This document shows positions 41,777 through 54,670 of a stretch of DNA of 64,000 bases, piece after piece. How positions within the stretch are numbered: the stretch's first letter is position 1; each line of letters starts with the position of its first letter. The stretch comes from Eledone cirrhosa. Its lineage: Eukaryota. The notes under the pieces were generated by a model that saw only the letters and a list, made by a program, of their open reading frames with translations, was not told where the DNA came from and made no database searches. The DNA is taken from NCBI GenBank assembly GCA_964016885.1, contig OZ024763.1, positions 13,268,001-13,332,000 of the forward strand, written 5' to 3'. Position numbers and translations under genes: made by a program.

Positions 41777-44700
41777 CTTCTTTTATGAAACGCAATGGTT
41801 ATTGTTTGTAGTGTTGTTGTTATTGTTGTTCTTGTTGGTGTTCTAGTTGTTACTGTTATTGATGATGTGGATGGTGGTGGTGGTGGTGTAGTTGTTGTTG
41901 TTCTTGTTGGTGTTCTAGTTGTTACTGTTATTGATGATGTGGATGGTGGTGGTGGTGGTGTAGTTGTTGTTGTTCTTGTTGGTGTTCTAGTTGTTACTGT
42001 TATTGATGATGTGGATGGTGGTGGTGGTGGTGTAGTTGTTGTTGTTCTTGTTGGTGTTCTAGTTGTTACTGTTATTGATGATGTGGATGGTGGTGGTGGT
42101 GGTGTAGTTGTTGTTGTTCTTGTTGGTGTTCTAGTTGTTACTGTTATTGATGATGTGGATGGTGGTGGTGGTGGTGTAGTTGTTGTTGTTCTTGTTGGTG
42201 TTCTAGTTGTTACTGTTATTGATGATGTGGATGGTGGTGGTGGTGGTGTAGTTGTTGTTGTTCTTGTTGGTGTTCTAGTTGTTACTGTTATTGATGATGT
42301 GGATGGTGGTGGTGGTGGTGTAGTTGTTATTGTTCTTGTTGGTGTTCTAGTTGTTACTGTTATTGATGATGTGGATGGTGGTGGTGGTGGTGTAGTTGTT
42401 GTTGTTCTTGTTGGTGTTCTAGTTGTTACTGTTATTGATGATGTGGATGGTGGTGGTGGTGGTGTAGTTGTTATTGTTCTTGTTGGTGTTCTAGTTGTTA
42501 CTGTTATTGATGATGTGGATGGTGGTGGTGGTGGTGTAGTTGTTGTTGTTCTTGTTGGTGTTCTAGTTGTTACTGTTATTGATGATGTGGATGGTGGTGG
42601 TGGTGGTGTAGTTGTTATTGTTGTTGTTAGTGCAGTAGTTGTTATTGTTGTTAGTGGAGTAGTTGGTGTTAGTACAGTAGTTGGTGTTAGTACAGTAGTT
42701 GGTGTTAGTACAGTAGTTGGTGTTAGTACAGTAGTTGGTGTTAGTACAGTAGTTATTGTTAGTACAGTAGTTGGTGTTAGTACAGTAGTTATTGTTAGTA
42801 CAGTAGTTGGTGTTAGTACAGTAGTTGGTGTTAGTACAGTAGTTGGTGTTAGTACAGTAGTTGGTGTTAGTACAGTAGTTGTTAGTACAGTAGTTGGTGT
42901 TAGTACAGTAGTTGGTGTTAGTACAGTAGTTATTGTTAGTACAGTTGTTGGTGTTAGTACAGTAGTTATTGTTAGTACAGTAGTTGGTGTTAGTACAGTA
43001 GTTGGTGTTAGTACAGTAGTTGGTGTTAGTACAGTAGTTATTGTTAGTACAGTAGTTGGTGTTAGTACAGTAGTTGGTGTTAGTACAGTAGTTGGTGTTA
43101 GTACAGTAGTTGGTGTTAGTACAGTAGTTGTTAGTACAGTAGTTGGTGTTAGTACAGTAGTTGGTGTTAGTACAGTAGTTGGTGTTAGTACAGTAGTTAT
43201 TGTTAGTACAGTAGTTGGTGTTAGTACAGTAGTTATTGTTAGTACAGTAGTTGGTGTTAGTACAGTAGTTGGTGTTAGTACAGTAGTTGGTGTTAGTACA
43301 GTAGTTGGTGTTAGTACAGTAGTTGGTGTTAGTACAGTAGTTATTGTTGTTAGTGCAGTAGTTGGTGTTAGTACAGTAGTTGGTGTTAGTACAGTAGTTA
43401 TTGTTGTTAGTACAGTAGTTGGTGTTAGTACAGTAGTTGGTGTTAGTACAGTAGTTGGTGTTAGTACAGTAGTTATTGTTGTTAGTACAGTAGTTGGTGT
43501 TAGTACAGTAGTTATTGTTGTTAGTGCAGTAGTTGGTGTTAGTACAGTAGTTGGTGTTAGTACAGTAGTTGGTGTTAGTACAGTAGTTATTGTTGTTAGT
43601 ACAGTAGTTGGTGTTAGTACAGTAGTTGGTGTTAGTACAGTAGTTATTGTTGTTAGTACAGTAGTTGGTGTTAGTACAGTAGTTGGTGTTAGTACAGTAG
43701 TTATTGTTGTTAGTACAGTAGTTGGTGTTAGTACAGTAGTTATTGTTGTTAGTGCAGTAGTTGGTGTTAGTACAGTAGTTGGTGTTAGTACAGTAGTTAT
43801 TGTTGTTAGTACAGTAGTTGGTGTTAGTACAGTAGTTGGTGTTAGTACAGTAGTTGGTGTTAGTACAGTAGTTATTGTTGTTAGTACAGTAGTTGGTGTT
43901 AGTACAGTAGTTGGTGTTAGTACAGTAGTTATTGTTGTTAGTACAGTAGTTGGTGTTAGTACAGTAGTTGGTGTTAGTACAGTAGTTGGTGTTAGTACAG
44001 TAGTTGGTGTTAGTACAGTAGTTGGTGTTAGTACAGTAGTTATTGTTGTTAGTACAGTAGTTATTGTTAGTACAGTAGTTGGTGTTAGTACAGTAGTTGG
44101 TGTTAGTACAGTAGTTGGTGTTAGTACAGTAGTTATTGTTGTTAGTACAGTAGTTGGTGTTAGTACAGTAGTTGGTGTTAGTACAGTAGTTATTGTTAGT
44201 ACAGTAGTTGGTGTTAGTACAGTAGTTGGTGTTAGTACAGTAGTTGGTGTTAGTACAGTAGTTGGTGTTAGTACAGTAGTTATTGTTGTTAGTACAGTAG
44301 TTGGTGTTAGTACAGTAGTTGGTGTTAGTACAGTAGTTATTGTTGTTAGTACAGTAGTTATTGTTAGTACAGTAGTTGGTGTTAGTACAGTAGTTGGTGT
44401 TAGTACAGTAGTTATTGTTGTTAGTACAGTAGTTATTGTTAGTACAGTAGTTGGTGTTAGTACAGTAGTTGGTGTTAGTACAGTAGTTATTGTTGTTAGT
44501 ACAGTAGTTGGTGTTAGTACAGTAGTTGGTGTTAGTACAGTAGTTATTGTTAGTACAGTAGTTGGTGTTAGTACAGTAGTTGGTGTTAGTACAGTAGTTA
44601 TTGTTGTTAGTACAGTAGTTGGTGTTAGTACAGTAGTTGGTGTTAGTACAGTAGTTATTGTTGTTAGTACAGTAGTTGGTGTTAGTACAGTAGTTGGTGT

Positions 44701-47700
44701 TAGTACAGTAGTTATTGTTGTTAGTACAGTAGTTGGTGTTAGTACAGTAGTTGGTGTTAGTACAGTAGTTATTGTTGTTAGTACAGTAGTTGGTGTTAGT
44801 ACAGTAGTTGGTGTTAGTACAGTAGTTTGTGTTAGTACAGTAGTTGGTGTTAGTACAGTAGTTGTTAGTACAGTAGTTGGTGTTAGTACAGTAGTTGGTG
44901 TTAGTACAGTAGTTGGTGTTAGTACCGTAGTTGGTGTTAGTACAGTAGTTGGTGTTAGTACAGTAGTTGGTGTTAGTACAGTAGTTGGTGTTAGTACAGT
45001 AGTTGTTAGTACAGTAGTTGGTGTTAGTACAGTAGTTGGTGTTAGTACAGTAGTTGGTGTTAGTACAGTAGTTGGTGTTAGTACAGTAGTTATTGTTGTT
45101 AGTACAGTAGTTGGTGTTAGTACAGTAGTTGGTGTTAGTACAGTAGTTGGTGTTAGTACAGTAGTTATTGTTGTTAGTACAGTAGTTGGTGTTAGTACAG
45201 TAGTTATTGTTGTTAGTGCAGTAGTTGGTGTTAGTACAGTAGTTGGTGTTAGTACAGTAGTTGGTGTTAGTACAGTAGTTATTGTTGTTAGTACAGTAGT
45301 TGGTGTTAGTACAGTAGTTGGTGTTAGTACAGTAGTTATTGTTGTTAGTACAGTAGTTGGTGTTAGTACAGTAGTTGGTGTTAGTACAGTAGTTATTGTT
45401 GTTAGTACAGTAGTTGGTGTTAGTACAGTAGTTATTGTTGTTAGTGCAGTAGTTGGTGTTAGTACAGTAGTTGGTGTTAGTACAGTAGTTATTGTTGTTA
45501 GTACAGTAGTTGGTGTTAGTACAGTAGTTGGTGTTAGTACAGTAGTTGGTGTTAGTACAGTAGTTATTGTTGTTAGTACAGTAGTTGGTGTTAGTACAGT
45601 AGTTGGTGTTAGTACAGTAGTTATTGTTGTTAGTACAGTAGTTGGTGTTAGTACAGTAGTTGGTGTTAGTACAGTAGTTGGTGTTAGTACAGTAGTTGGT
45701 GTTAGTACAGTAGTTGGTGTTAGTACAGTAGTTATTGTTGTTAGTACAGTAGTTATTGTTAGTACAGTAGTTGGTGTTAGTACAGTAGTTGGTGTTAGTA
45801 CAGTAGTTGGTGTTAGTACAGTAGTTATTGTTGTTAGTACAGTAGTTGGTGTTAGTACAGTAGTTGGTGTTAGTACAGTAGTTATTGTTAGTACAGTAGT
45901 TGGTGTTAGTACAGTAGTTGGTGTTAGTACAGTAGTTGGTGTTAGTACAGTAGTTGGTGTTAGTACAGTAGTTATTGTTGTTAGTACAGTAGTTGGTGTT
46001 AGTACAGTAGTTGGTGTTAGTACAGTAGTTATTGTTGTTAGTACAGTAGTTATTGTTAGTACAGTAGTTGGTGTTAGTACAGTAGTTGGTGTTAGTACAG
46101 TAGTTATTGTTGTTAGTACAGTAGTTATTGTTAGTACAGTAGTTGGTGTTAGTACAGTAGTTGGTGTTAGTACAGTAGTTATTGTTGTTAGTACAGTAGT
46201 TGGTGTTAGTACAGTAGTTGGTGTTAGTACAGTAGTTATTGTTAGTACAGTAGTTGGTGTTAGTACAGTAGTTGGTGTTAGTACAGTAGTTATTGTTGTT
46301 AGTACAGTAGTTGGTGTTAGTACAGTAGTTGGTGTTAGTACAGTAGTTATTGTTGTTAGTACAGTAGTTGGTGTTAGTACAGTAGTTGGTGTTAGTACAG
46401 TAGTTATTGTTGTTAGTACAGTAGTTGGTGTTAGTACAGTAGTTGGTGTTAGTACAGTAGTTATTGTTGTTAGTACAGTAGTTGGTGTTAGTACAGTAGT
46501 TGGTGTTAGTACAGTAGTTTGTGTTAGTACAGTAGTTGGTGTTAGTACAGTAGTTGTTAGTACAGTAGTTGGTGTTAGTACAGTAGTTGGTGTTAGTACA
46601 GTAGTTGGTGTTAGTACAGTAGTTGGTGTTAGTACAGTAGTTGGTGTTAGTACAGTAGTTGGTGTTAGTACAGTAGTTGGTGTTAGTACAGTAGTTGTTA
46701 GTACAGTAGTTGGTGTTAGTACAGTAGTTGGTGTTAGTACAGTAGTTGGTGTTAGTACAGTAGTTGGTGTTAGTACAGTAGTTGTTAGTACAGTAGTTGG
46801 TGTTAGTACAGTAGTTGGTGTTAGTACAGTAGTTATTGTTAGTACAGTAGTTGGTGTTAGTACAGTAGTTATTGTTGTTAGTACAGTAGTTGGTTTTAGT
46901 ACAGTAGTTGGTGTTAGTACAGTAGTTGGTGTTAGTACAGTAGTTGTTAGTACAGTAGTTGGTGTTAGTACAGTAGTTGGTGTTAGTACAGTAGTTGGTG
47001 TTAGTACAGTAGTTGGTGTTAGTACAGTAGTTGGTGTTAGTACAGTAGTTGTTAGTACAGTAGTTGGTGTTAGTACAGTAGTTGGTGTTAGTACAGTAGT
47101 TGGTGTTAGTACAGTAGTTGGTGTTAGTACAGTAGTTGGTGTTAGTACAGTAGTTGTTAGTACAGTAGTTGGTGTTAGTACAGTAGTTGGTGTTAGTACA
47201 GTAGTTATTGTTAGTACAGTAGTTGGTGTTAGTACAGTAGTTATTGTTGTTAGTACAGTAGTAGGTGTTAGTACAGTAGTTGGTGTTAGTACAGTAGTTG
47301 GTGTTAGTACAGTAGTTGGTGTTAGTACAGTAGTTGTTAGTACAGTAGTTGGTGTTAGTACATTAGTTGGTGTTAGTACAGTAGTTATTGTTAGTACAGT
47401 AGTTGGTGTTAGTACAGTAGTTATTGTTGTTAGTACAGTAGTTGGTGTTAGTACAGTAGTTATTGTTGTTAGTACAGTAGTTATTGTTAGTACAGTAGTT
47501 GGTGTTAGTACAGTAGTTGGTGTTAGTACAGTAGTTATTGTTGTTAGTACAGTAGTTATTGTTAGTACAGTAGTTGGTGTTAGTACAGTAGTTGGTGTTA
47601 GTACAGTAGTTATTGTTGTTAGTACAGTAGTTATTGTTAGTACAGTAGTTGGTGTTAGTACAGTAGTTGGTGTTAGTACAGTAGTTATTGTTGTTAGTAC

Positions 47701-50042
47701 AGTAGTTATTGTTAGTACAGTAGTTGGTGTTAGTACAGTAGTTGGTGTTAGTACAGTAGTTATTGTTGTTAGTACAGTAGTTATTGTTAGTACAGTAGTT
47801 GGTGTTAGTACAGTAGTTGTTAGTACAGTAGGTGTTAGTACAGTAGTTGGTGTTAGTACAGTAGTTGGTGTTAGTACAGTAGTTGGTGTTAGTACAGTAG
47901 TTATTGTTGTTAGTACAGTAGTTATTGTTAGTACAGTAGTTGGTGTTAGTACAGTAGTTGGTGTTAGTACAGTAGTTGGTGTTAGTACAGTTGTTGGTGT
48001 TAGTACAGTAGTTGGTGTTAGTACAGTAGTTGGTGTTAGTACAGTAGTTATTGTTAGTACAGTTGTTGGTGTTAGTACAGTAGTTGGTGTTAGTACAGTA
48101 GTTGGTGTTAGTACAGTAGTTGGTGTTAGTACAGTTGTTGGTGTTAGTAAAGTAGTTGGTGTTAGTACAGTAGTTGGTGTTAGTACAGTAGTTATTGTTA
48201 GTACAGTAGTTGGTGTTAGTACAGTAGTTGGTGTTAGTACAGTAGTTATTGTCGTTTGTACAGTAGTTATTGTTAGTACAGTAGTTGGTGTTAGTACAGT
48301 AGTTGTTAGTACAGTAGGTGTTAGTACAGTAGTTGGTGTTAGTACAGTAGTTGGTGTTAGTACAGTAGTTGGTGTTAGTACAGTAGTTATTGTTAGTACA
48401 GTAGTTGGTGTTAGTACAGTAGTTGTTAGTACAGTAGGTGTTAGTACAGTAGTTGCTGTTAGTACAGTAGTTGGTGTTAGTACAGTAGTTATTGTTGTTA
48501 GTACAGTAGTTGGTGTTAGTACAGTAGGTGTTAGTACAGTAGTTATTGTTAGTACAGTAGTTGGTGTTAGTACAGTAGTTGGTGTTAGTACAGTAGTTGA
48601 TGTTAGTACAGTAGTTGGTGTTAGTACAGTAGTTGTTAGTACAGTAGTTGTTAGTACAGTAGTTGGTGTTAATACAGTAGTTGTTAGTACAGTAGTTGGA
48701 GTTAGTACAGTAGTTGATGTTAGTACAGTAGTTGGTGTTAGTACAGTAGTTGTTAGTACAGTAGTTGGTGTTAATACAGTAGTTGGTGTTAGTACAGTAG
48801 GTGTTAGTACAGTAGTTGGTGTTAGTACAGTAGGAGTTAGTACAGTAGTTGGAGTTAGTACAGTAGTTGGTGTTAGTACAGTAGGTGTTAGTACAGTAGT
48901 TGGTGTTAGTACAGTAGTTGTTAGTACAGTAGTTGGAGTTAGTACAGTAGTTGGTGTTAGTACAGTAGGTGTTAGTACAGTAGTTGGTGTTAGTACAGTA
49001 GGTGTTAGTACAGTAGTTGGTGTTAGTACAGTAGGTGTTAGTACAGTAGTTGGTGTTAGTACAGTAGGAGTTAGTACAGTAGTTGGAGTTAGTACAGTAG
49101 TTGGTGTTAGTACAGTAGTTGGTGTTAGTACAGTAGTTATTGTTAGTACAGTAGTTGGTGTTAGTACAGTAGTTGGTGTTAGTACAGTAGTTGGTGTTAG
49201 TACAGTAGTTATTGTTAGTACAGTAGTTGTTAGTACAGTAGTAGGTGTTAGTACAGTAGTTGGTGTTAGTACAGTAGTTGGTGTTAGTACAGTAGTTGGT
49301 GTTAGTACAGTAGGTGTTAGTACAGTAGTTGTTAGTACAGTAGTAGGTGTTAGTACAGTAGTTGGTGTTAGTACAGTAGTTGGTGTTAGTACAGTTGTTG
49401 GTGTTAGTACAGTAGTTATCGTTAGTACAGTAGTTGGTGTTAGTACAGTAGTTGGTGTTAGTACAGTAGTTGGTGTTAGTACAGTAGTTGGTGTTAGTAC
49501 AGTAGGTGTTAGTACAGTAGTTGGTGTTAGTACAGTAGTTGGTGTTAGTACAGTAGTTGGAGTTAGTACAGTAGTTGGTGTTAGTACAGTTGTTGGTGTT
49601 AGTACAGTTGTTGGTGTTAGTACAGTTGTTGGTGTTAGTACAGTAGTTGTTAGTACAGTAGTAGGTGTTAGTACAGTAGGTGTTAGTACAGTAGTTGTTA
49701 GTACAGTTGTTGGTGTTAGTACAGTTGTTGGTGTTAGTACAGTAGTTGTTAGTACAGTAGTAGGTGTTAGTACAGTAGGTGTTAGTACAGTAGTTGTTAG
49801 TACAGTAGTTGTTAGTACAGTAGTAGGTGTTAGTACAGTAGGTGTTAGTACAGTAGTTGTTAGTACAGTAGTTGGTGTTAGTACAGTTGTTGGTGTTAGT
49901 ACAGTAGTTGGAGTTAGTACAGTAGTTGGTGTTAATGTAGATTCAATCCCACATCAGCGACATGTTGTGCAAGGGTCAACCACAGCCTTGTGTGAAATTG
50001 CGGAGAAGCTGACTATTTCGAAGCCTGTTGGTTGGAGGGTAC
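41777..50042 (-). CDS. Candidate mucin-like (Thr/Pro-rich) giant exon with one in-frame TGA
   Basis: Acceptor aattacAG (50043-44), donor AAG|GTGGGT (41775-76). Frame stop-free from 49953 to 41777, reading (TPTTVL)n. TGA at 49954-49956. May be non-coding. Confidence 0.3.
41812..42620. repeat. 60-bp tandem repeat (~13 copies)
   Basis: GTTCTTGTTGGTGTTCTAGTTGTTACTGTTATTGATGATGTGGATGGTGGT... The minus frame reads TTTTPPPPPSTSSITVTTRTPTR-like units. Confidence 0.95.
42620..49935. repeat. 7.3-kb minisatellite, 15/18/21-bp units
   Basis: AGTACAGTAGTTGGTGTT and variants. All length variants are multiples of 3. Confidence 0.97.
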
Positions 50043-50345
50043 CTGTAATTCATAGGTCAGACTTTTCACACAGTGTCATGCTGAATCTCCCTGAGAACTA
50101 TGTAAGGGCTACATGTGCCTTTTGAATGCTCAGACACTTGCACTATGATACAAGATGGACTGCAGCTGTAATTCAAAGGTCTGATCTTGTCAACTATTAT
50201 GCCACACCGAATCTCCCTGAGAACTATGTTAGGGGTATATGTGCCTGTGGAATGCTCAGACACTTGCATTAGAGTACAAGATGGACTGTAGCTGTCATTC
50301 AAAGGGTCAAGCCTTGTCACATACTGAATGTCCCTGAGAACTACA
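50043..50345. repeat. ~125-bp degenerate tandem repeat (another copy at ~50990-51092)
   Basis: CCCTGAGAACTATGT..GAATGCTCAGACACTT recurs. Confidence 0.75.
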
Positions 50346-52067
50346 TTGAGCCCACATGTTTGTGGAATACTCAACCAGTTACACTATAGTGGGTTCTGAT
50401 TTAGGCATGAGGCCAACAATGTTGGGTGTGGGGAAAATCAATCGATCCCAGTGCATTACTGGTACTTTATTTTATGGACCCCCGTGAGGATGAAAGGCAA
50501 AGTTAACCTCAGTGAGATTTGAACCCAACCACTCACACTTTACTACAACATAGACTGACCATTTAACGTCCATCTTCCACGCTAGCATGGGTTGGATGGT
50601 TTTGTCGCACTTAAGGCGAGATTGGTCGGGAGAGTGTGTCTCGCTCGTGTCTCGCTCTAGCAGGTTTTCTACGGCTGGATGCCCTTCCTAACACCAACCA
50701 CTTTACAGTGTGGACTGGGAGCCTTTTTACTGTGTCATCTATACGGCCATTTTACAGTGTGGACTGGGGGCCTTTTTACCGTGTCACCTCTATGGCCACT
50801 TTACAGTGTGGACTGGGGGCCTTTTTACCGTGTCACCTATACGGCCACTTTACAGTGTGGACTGGGGACCTTTTTACCGTGTCACCTCTATGGCCACTTT
50901 ACAGTGTGGACTGGGAGCCTTTTTACCATGTCACCTATATGGCCACTTTACAGTGTGGACTGGGTGCTTTTTATCATGTCACCTACACTGTAGCTTTAAT
51001 TCAAAGGTCTCATATTGTCACACACTATGCCACACTGTATCTCCCTGAGAACTATGTAAGGGGTACAGATGTCTTTAGAATGCTCAGACACTTAAACGTT
51101 AATGTCAGGAGGTGGCTGTTTCTGTTGATCGAATAACAGGAATGCTGATCAAGGAAATCAATGCAGGTCCATTAAATGTTGTTATTGATGTTGTTGTTGT
51201 TTTCTTGCTGTGACAAATGCCATGCTCTACTGTGGGGCGTGTTTGTACCTGCAGAGAAGAGCTAGACAGTGCTATAGACACAGAGACAAGGACATGCATA
51301 ACAACAACAATAACAACAGAAGTAGTAGCAACAGAAGTGGCACATTTCACACGAACATGAAATACAATTGACAAAAGACACTACTTGACTGACAAGACAA
51401 AATAAATAATACAGTGTCAAATGAAGTGTATCTGTTTCTAGGTATACATACCTATATAAAAGTGTTTCTATATATTATATATATATATCCACACATACAT
51501 ATCACATATACACAAACATATACATATATATATATACAGATACTTATATATACATACATATATATACATATATATATATATACATATACATATAAACATA
51601 CACATATACATATATATATATATACATATACATATAAACATACACATATACATATATATATATATACATATACATATAAACATACACATACACATATACA
51701 TATATATATCATCATCATCATCCTCGCTTAACGTCCATCTTCCACGCTAGCATGGGTTACTTATACATATGCATATATACATATACACATATACATACAT
51801 ATATATATATATAAATATATATACACATATATATATATAAATATATACACATATATATATATATAAATATAAATATAACAATATCGGTTTCAACACACGT
51901 TTTCAGATAAAGAATCTTGCTAAACAAATTCAGAAACAAAATATATATAAATATATATACACTTATATATATATAAATATATTTACACTTATATATATAT
52001 GAATATATATATACATATAGCCAGAATCAGTTCCCGTCCCACCCTTGCAAGCAGGGAAAAGCGGACA

Positions 52068-52195
52068 CTATTATCATTCTCTTCTCCACTTTTTCCCGAC
52101 CCCTCCTTGAATACTGTTGTCCACTGTGGTCTTCCCACACGAAACAAAGTATCATGAAAGTTGAAGCACCTCAAGGGTCAATTACAAAAAAGATA
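52068..52195 (-). mobile_element. Short CR1 LINE fragment
   Basis: Homologous to 14120-14240 (EYCCPLWS region). Confidence 0.7.
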
Positions 52196-52599
52196 GTTGT
52201 CTGATACCTCTTAAATGTGCATAATGGTTTTTATGTAAGAAATTATATGTATATATATATATATGCACAAACCCATACAGTCACACACACACATATCTAT
52301 ACATACACTCAGATACATGTAATTTCTTACATAAAAACCATTATGCACATTTAAGAGGTATCAGACAATTGTTACATAAAATAACATAAACCAGGTATGT
52401 CATTATCAGACAGTATTTTACAATGTTGGTGATATGAAGACCAAAGGACATATATTGTTGATTGTCCAATATTCAGTCAATCGTATGATGCCTCGGAAAT
52501 GTGCATAACAGTCATCCCTTAATAAATTGAAGTATGGCAACGTAGAAGCGAGTCTTCATCATATGTATTAACACACACAGACACATTATATATATATAT

Positions 52600-52918
52600 A
52601 TCATCATCATTTCATTTTACGTCCTCTTTTCCCTGCTTGCAAGGGTGGGACGGGAACTGATTTCCTGGCTTGATTTCTACAGCTGGATGCCCTTCCTAAC
52701 ACCGACTTCATTTACAGTGAGTGCTGGGTGCTTTTTATTCCATGGTGCCTCCACGACCACTTTGCAGTCCCTATCATCTCATTTCTACAGCTGAGTAAAC
52801 AGGAGCAATGTGAAATAAAGTGTCTTGCTCAAGGAAACAACACATCACCTGGTCTGATAATTGAACTCACAACCTTTCGATTGCAAGGACAATTCTCTAA
52901 CCACTAAGCCATGTGCCT
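52600..52918 (-). mobile_element. tRNA-derived SINE, family B
   Basis: Reverse complement of 9802-10137. Confidence 0.8.
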
Positions 52919-53254
52919 CTCTCTCTCTATGTATAATTGCAGCTATATATAAATATATATATAATGTGGGTAATAATAAATATTACCCAGTTACAAGTAT
53001 TAAAATAGCTCAATGTAAAATAACAAGTATGGTACTTAACTTTTCTGTAGCAGCATATTTTAAAATTTCAATGCTTTTATCTGCTCCTAATTTTTATTGT
53101 ATTTATATGTTTCTATTTTCCATATGCTTCTTCCACCTCTGTTATCTTATATAAATGTTGATACTTATGCTTATCTAGTCTCCCACATTATGTATCCTCC
53201 TAATATTCTTGTGGCAAAGTTTTGATATTATATTTGTGTTTGACCTTTGTTATC

Positions 53255-53301
53255 TACTCTGATGATTCCTGCCTTGCGCTAGGATGAAACGATTGTAAGT
53301 G
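53255..53301 (+). ncRNA. Putative type-I hammerhead ribozyme
   Basis: tact CTGATGA t tcct-gccttgcgct-agga t GAAA c-gatt-gT A agtg, then ATTAAA. GUA triplet. Confidence 0.65.
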
Positions 53302-53336
53302 ATTAAATGTTTTAAACACTGATTGATTGTCATTTA

Positions 53337-53387
<51 letters not shown>

Positions 53388-53902
53388 TAGTCTGCAGTAC
53401 TGAGATCAGGAAGATAACAAGTCAAAGAAGTACTACATACATGGTAAGATGCAGAGTAGGTATATTAGTAGAAAAGGATTTACTGTGAGCTCAGCAGTTT
53501 CAGCTAGTTACCTCTTTGAAGAGGTAACTAGCTGAAACCACAGAGCTTGCAGTAAATCCTTTAATTCTACTAATCTATACATAATATAAAAGAGAGATGC
53601 TTGTTGGATGGTTGGTCAGTTCCTTCGTGCATCACACAAAAACGAAAAGTGACAATCGAAAAGTAAGTACAGCAATGGAATAAAGGTATATCCAGGAAGG
53701 TTTATTGATACTCATTTTATAAAATCAAAGAAGAAAAACATCCCAGGTATGCTAACCAACCTGACTGCTATTTCTAGCAAGTTGGGAATCAACCATAAGG
53801 GAATCTCTCTGTGTTTGTTGTTAGTGATGATTAGGTTTCGCAGCCAGCATCTCCAATTCGAACGCTGCTTTACAAACACACACATGCACATTTATATATA
53901 TA

Positions 53903-54670
53903 CTAGACCACCCGTGAACCGTTGGGTCACGTTCGCTTCAAAATATTTTTTAAAAATCATTTTCACTTAAAATAATGTGAAATGAAACTGGAAGGCCCAT
54001 ATATATGCGTGTGTGTATGTATATATATAAATGTGTGTGTGTATGTATACATATATATGTATGTGTGTATGCAGTCCTATGCGAGCAAGACAATCACTCT
54101 TGCCTCAAGTGGGACTACCCCCGTCCAAACCCATGCAAGCGTGGAACACGGACGTTAAACGTTGATGATGATGATGATGATGATATATATATGGGTGTCT
54201 GTGATCTATATACACTGATCATAGACACAAACACACCACCACCAGCTCTCTCTCTTCCATTCTCCTGTCCCTTTCAATCTACTCGTTCACCGGTGGATTG
54301 GCAGTATCGGTAGAGGGTCAGACGCCATGCTTTCCAGCATAGTTACGTCCCTTTACGATCTGAGTTCAAATCCTGCCGAGGTTGACTTTGCCTTTCATCC
54401 TTACGGGGTCGATAAAATAAAGTACCAGTAAAGCACTGGGTAATTGCTGGCCTTGTGCCAATTATCTCTTTCTGTTTATGAAGGTACCCGGAAAAACCCT
54501 ATATCTCGGGAACCCTTGGTCCGATTTACGCGAAACTTTATTTTTATTTCATTTGTATTCCCATTTCAGAGTCAACTTCCCTTCAAAGTATTTTCCCATT
54601 ATGCACCCTTTTGGCTGTATTACATTACAGACAAGACGCAATCACAGAGTTTTAGTATTATATAGATAGA
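53903..54670 (-). mobile_element. Non-autonomous Helitron-like element with nested SINEs
   Basis: 5' A|TCTATCTATATAATACTAAAA. 3' hairpin CGTGACC-CAAC-GGTTCACG, then GGTGGT CTAG|T. Confidence 0.45.

Noticed and set aside
51105-51248. Minus-strand internal exon upstream of the mucin-like frame
   Set aside because: Good acceptor, but all three frames reach a stop before a convincing donor. It could only be terminal or non-coding.
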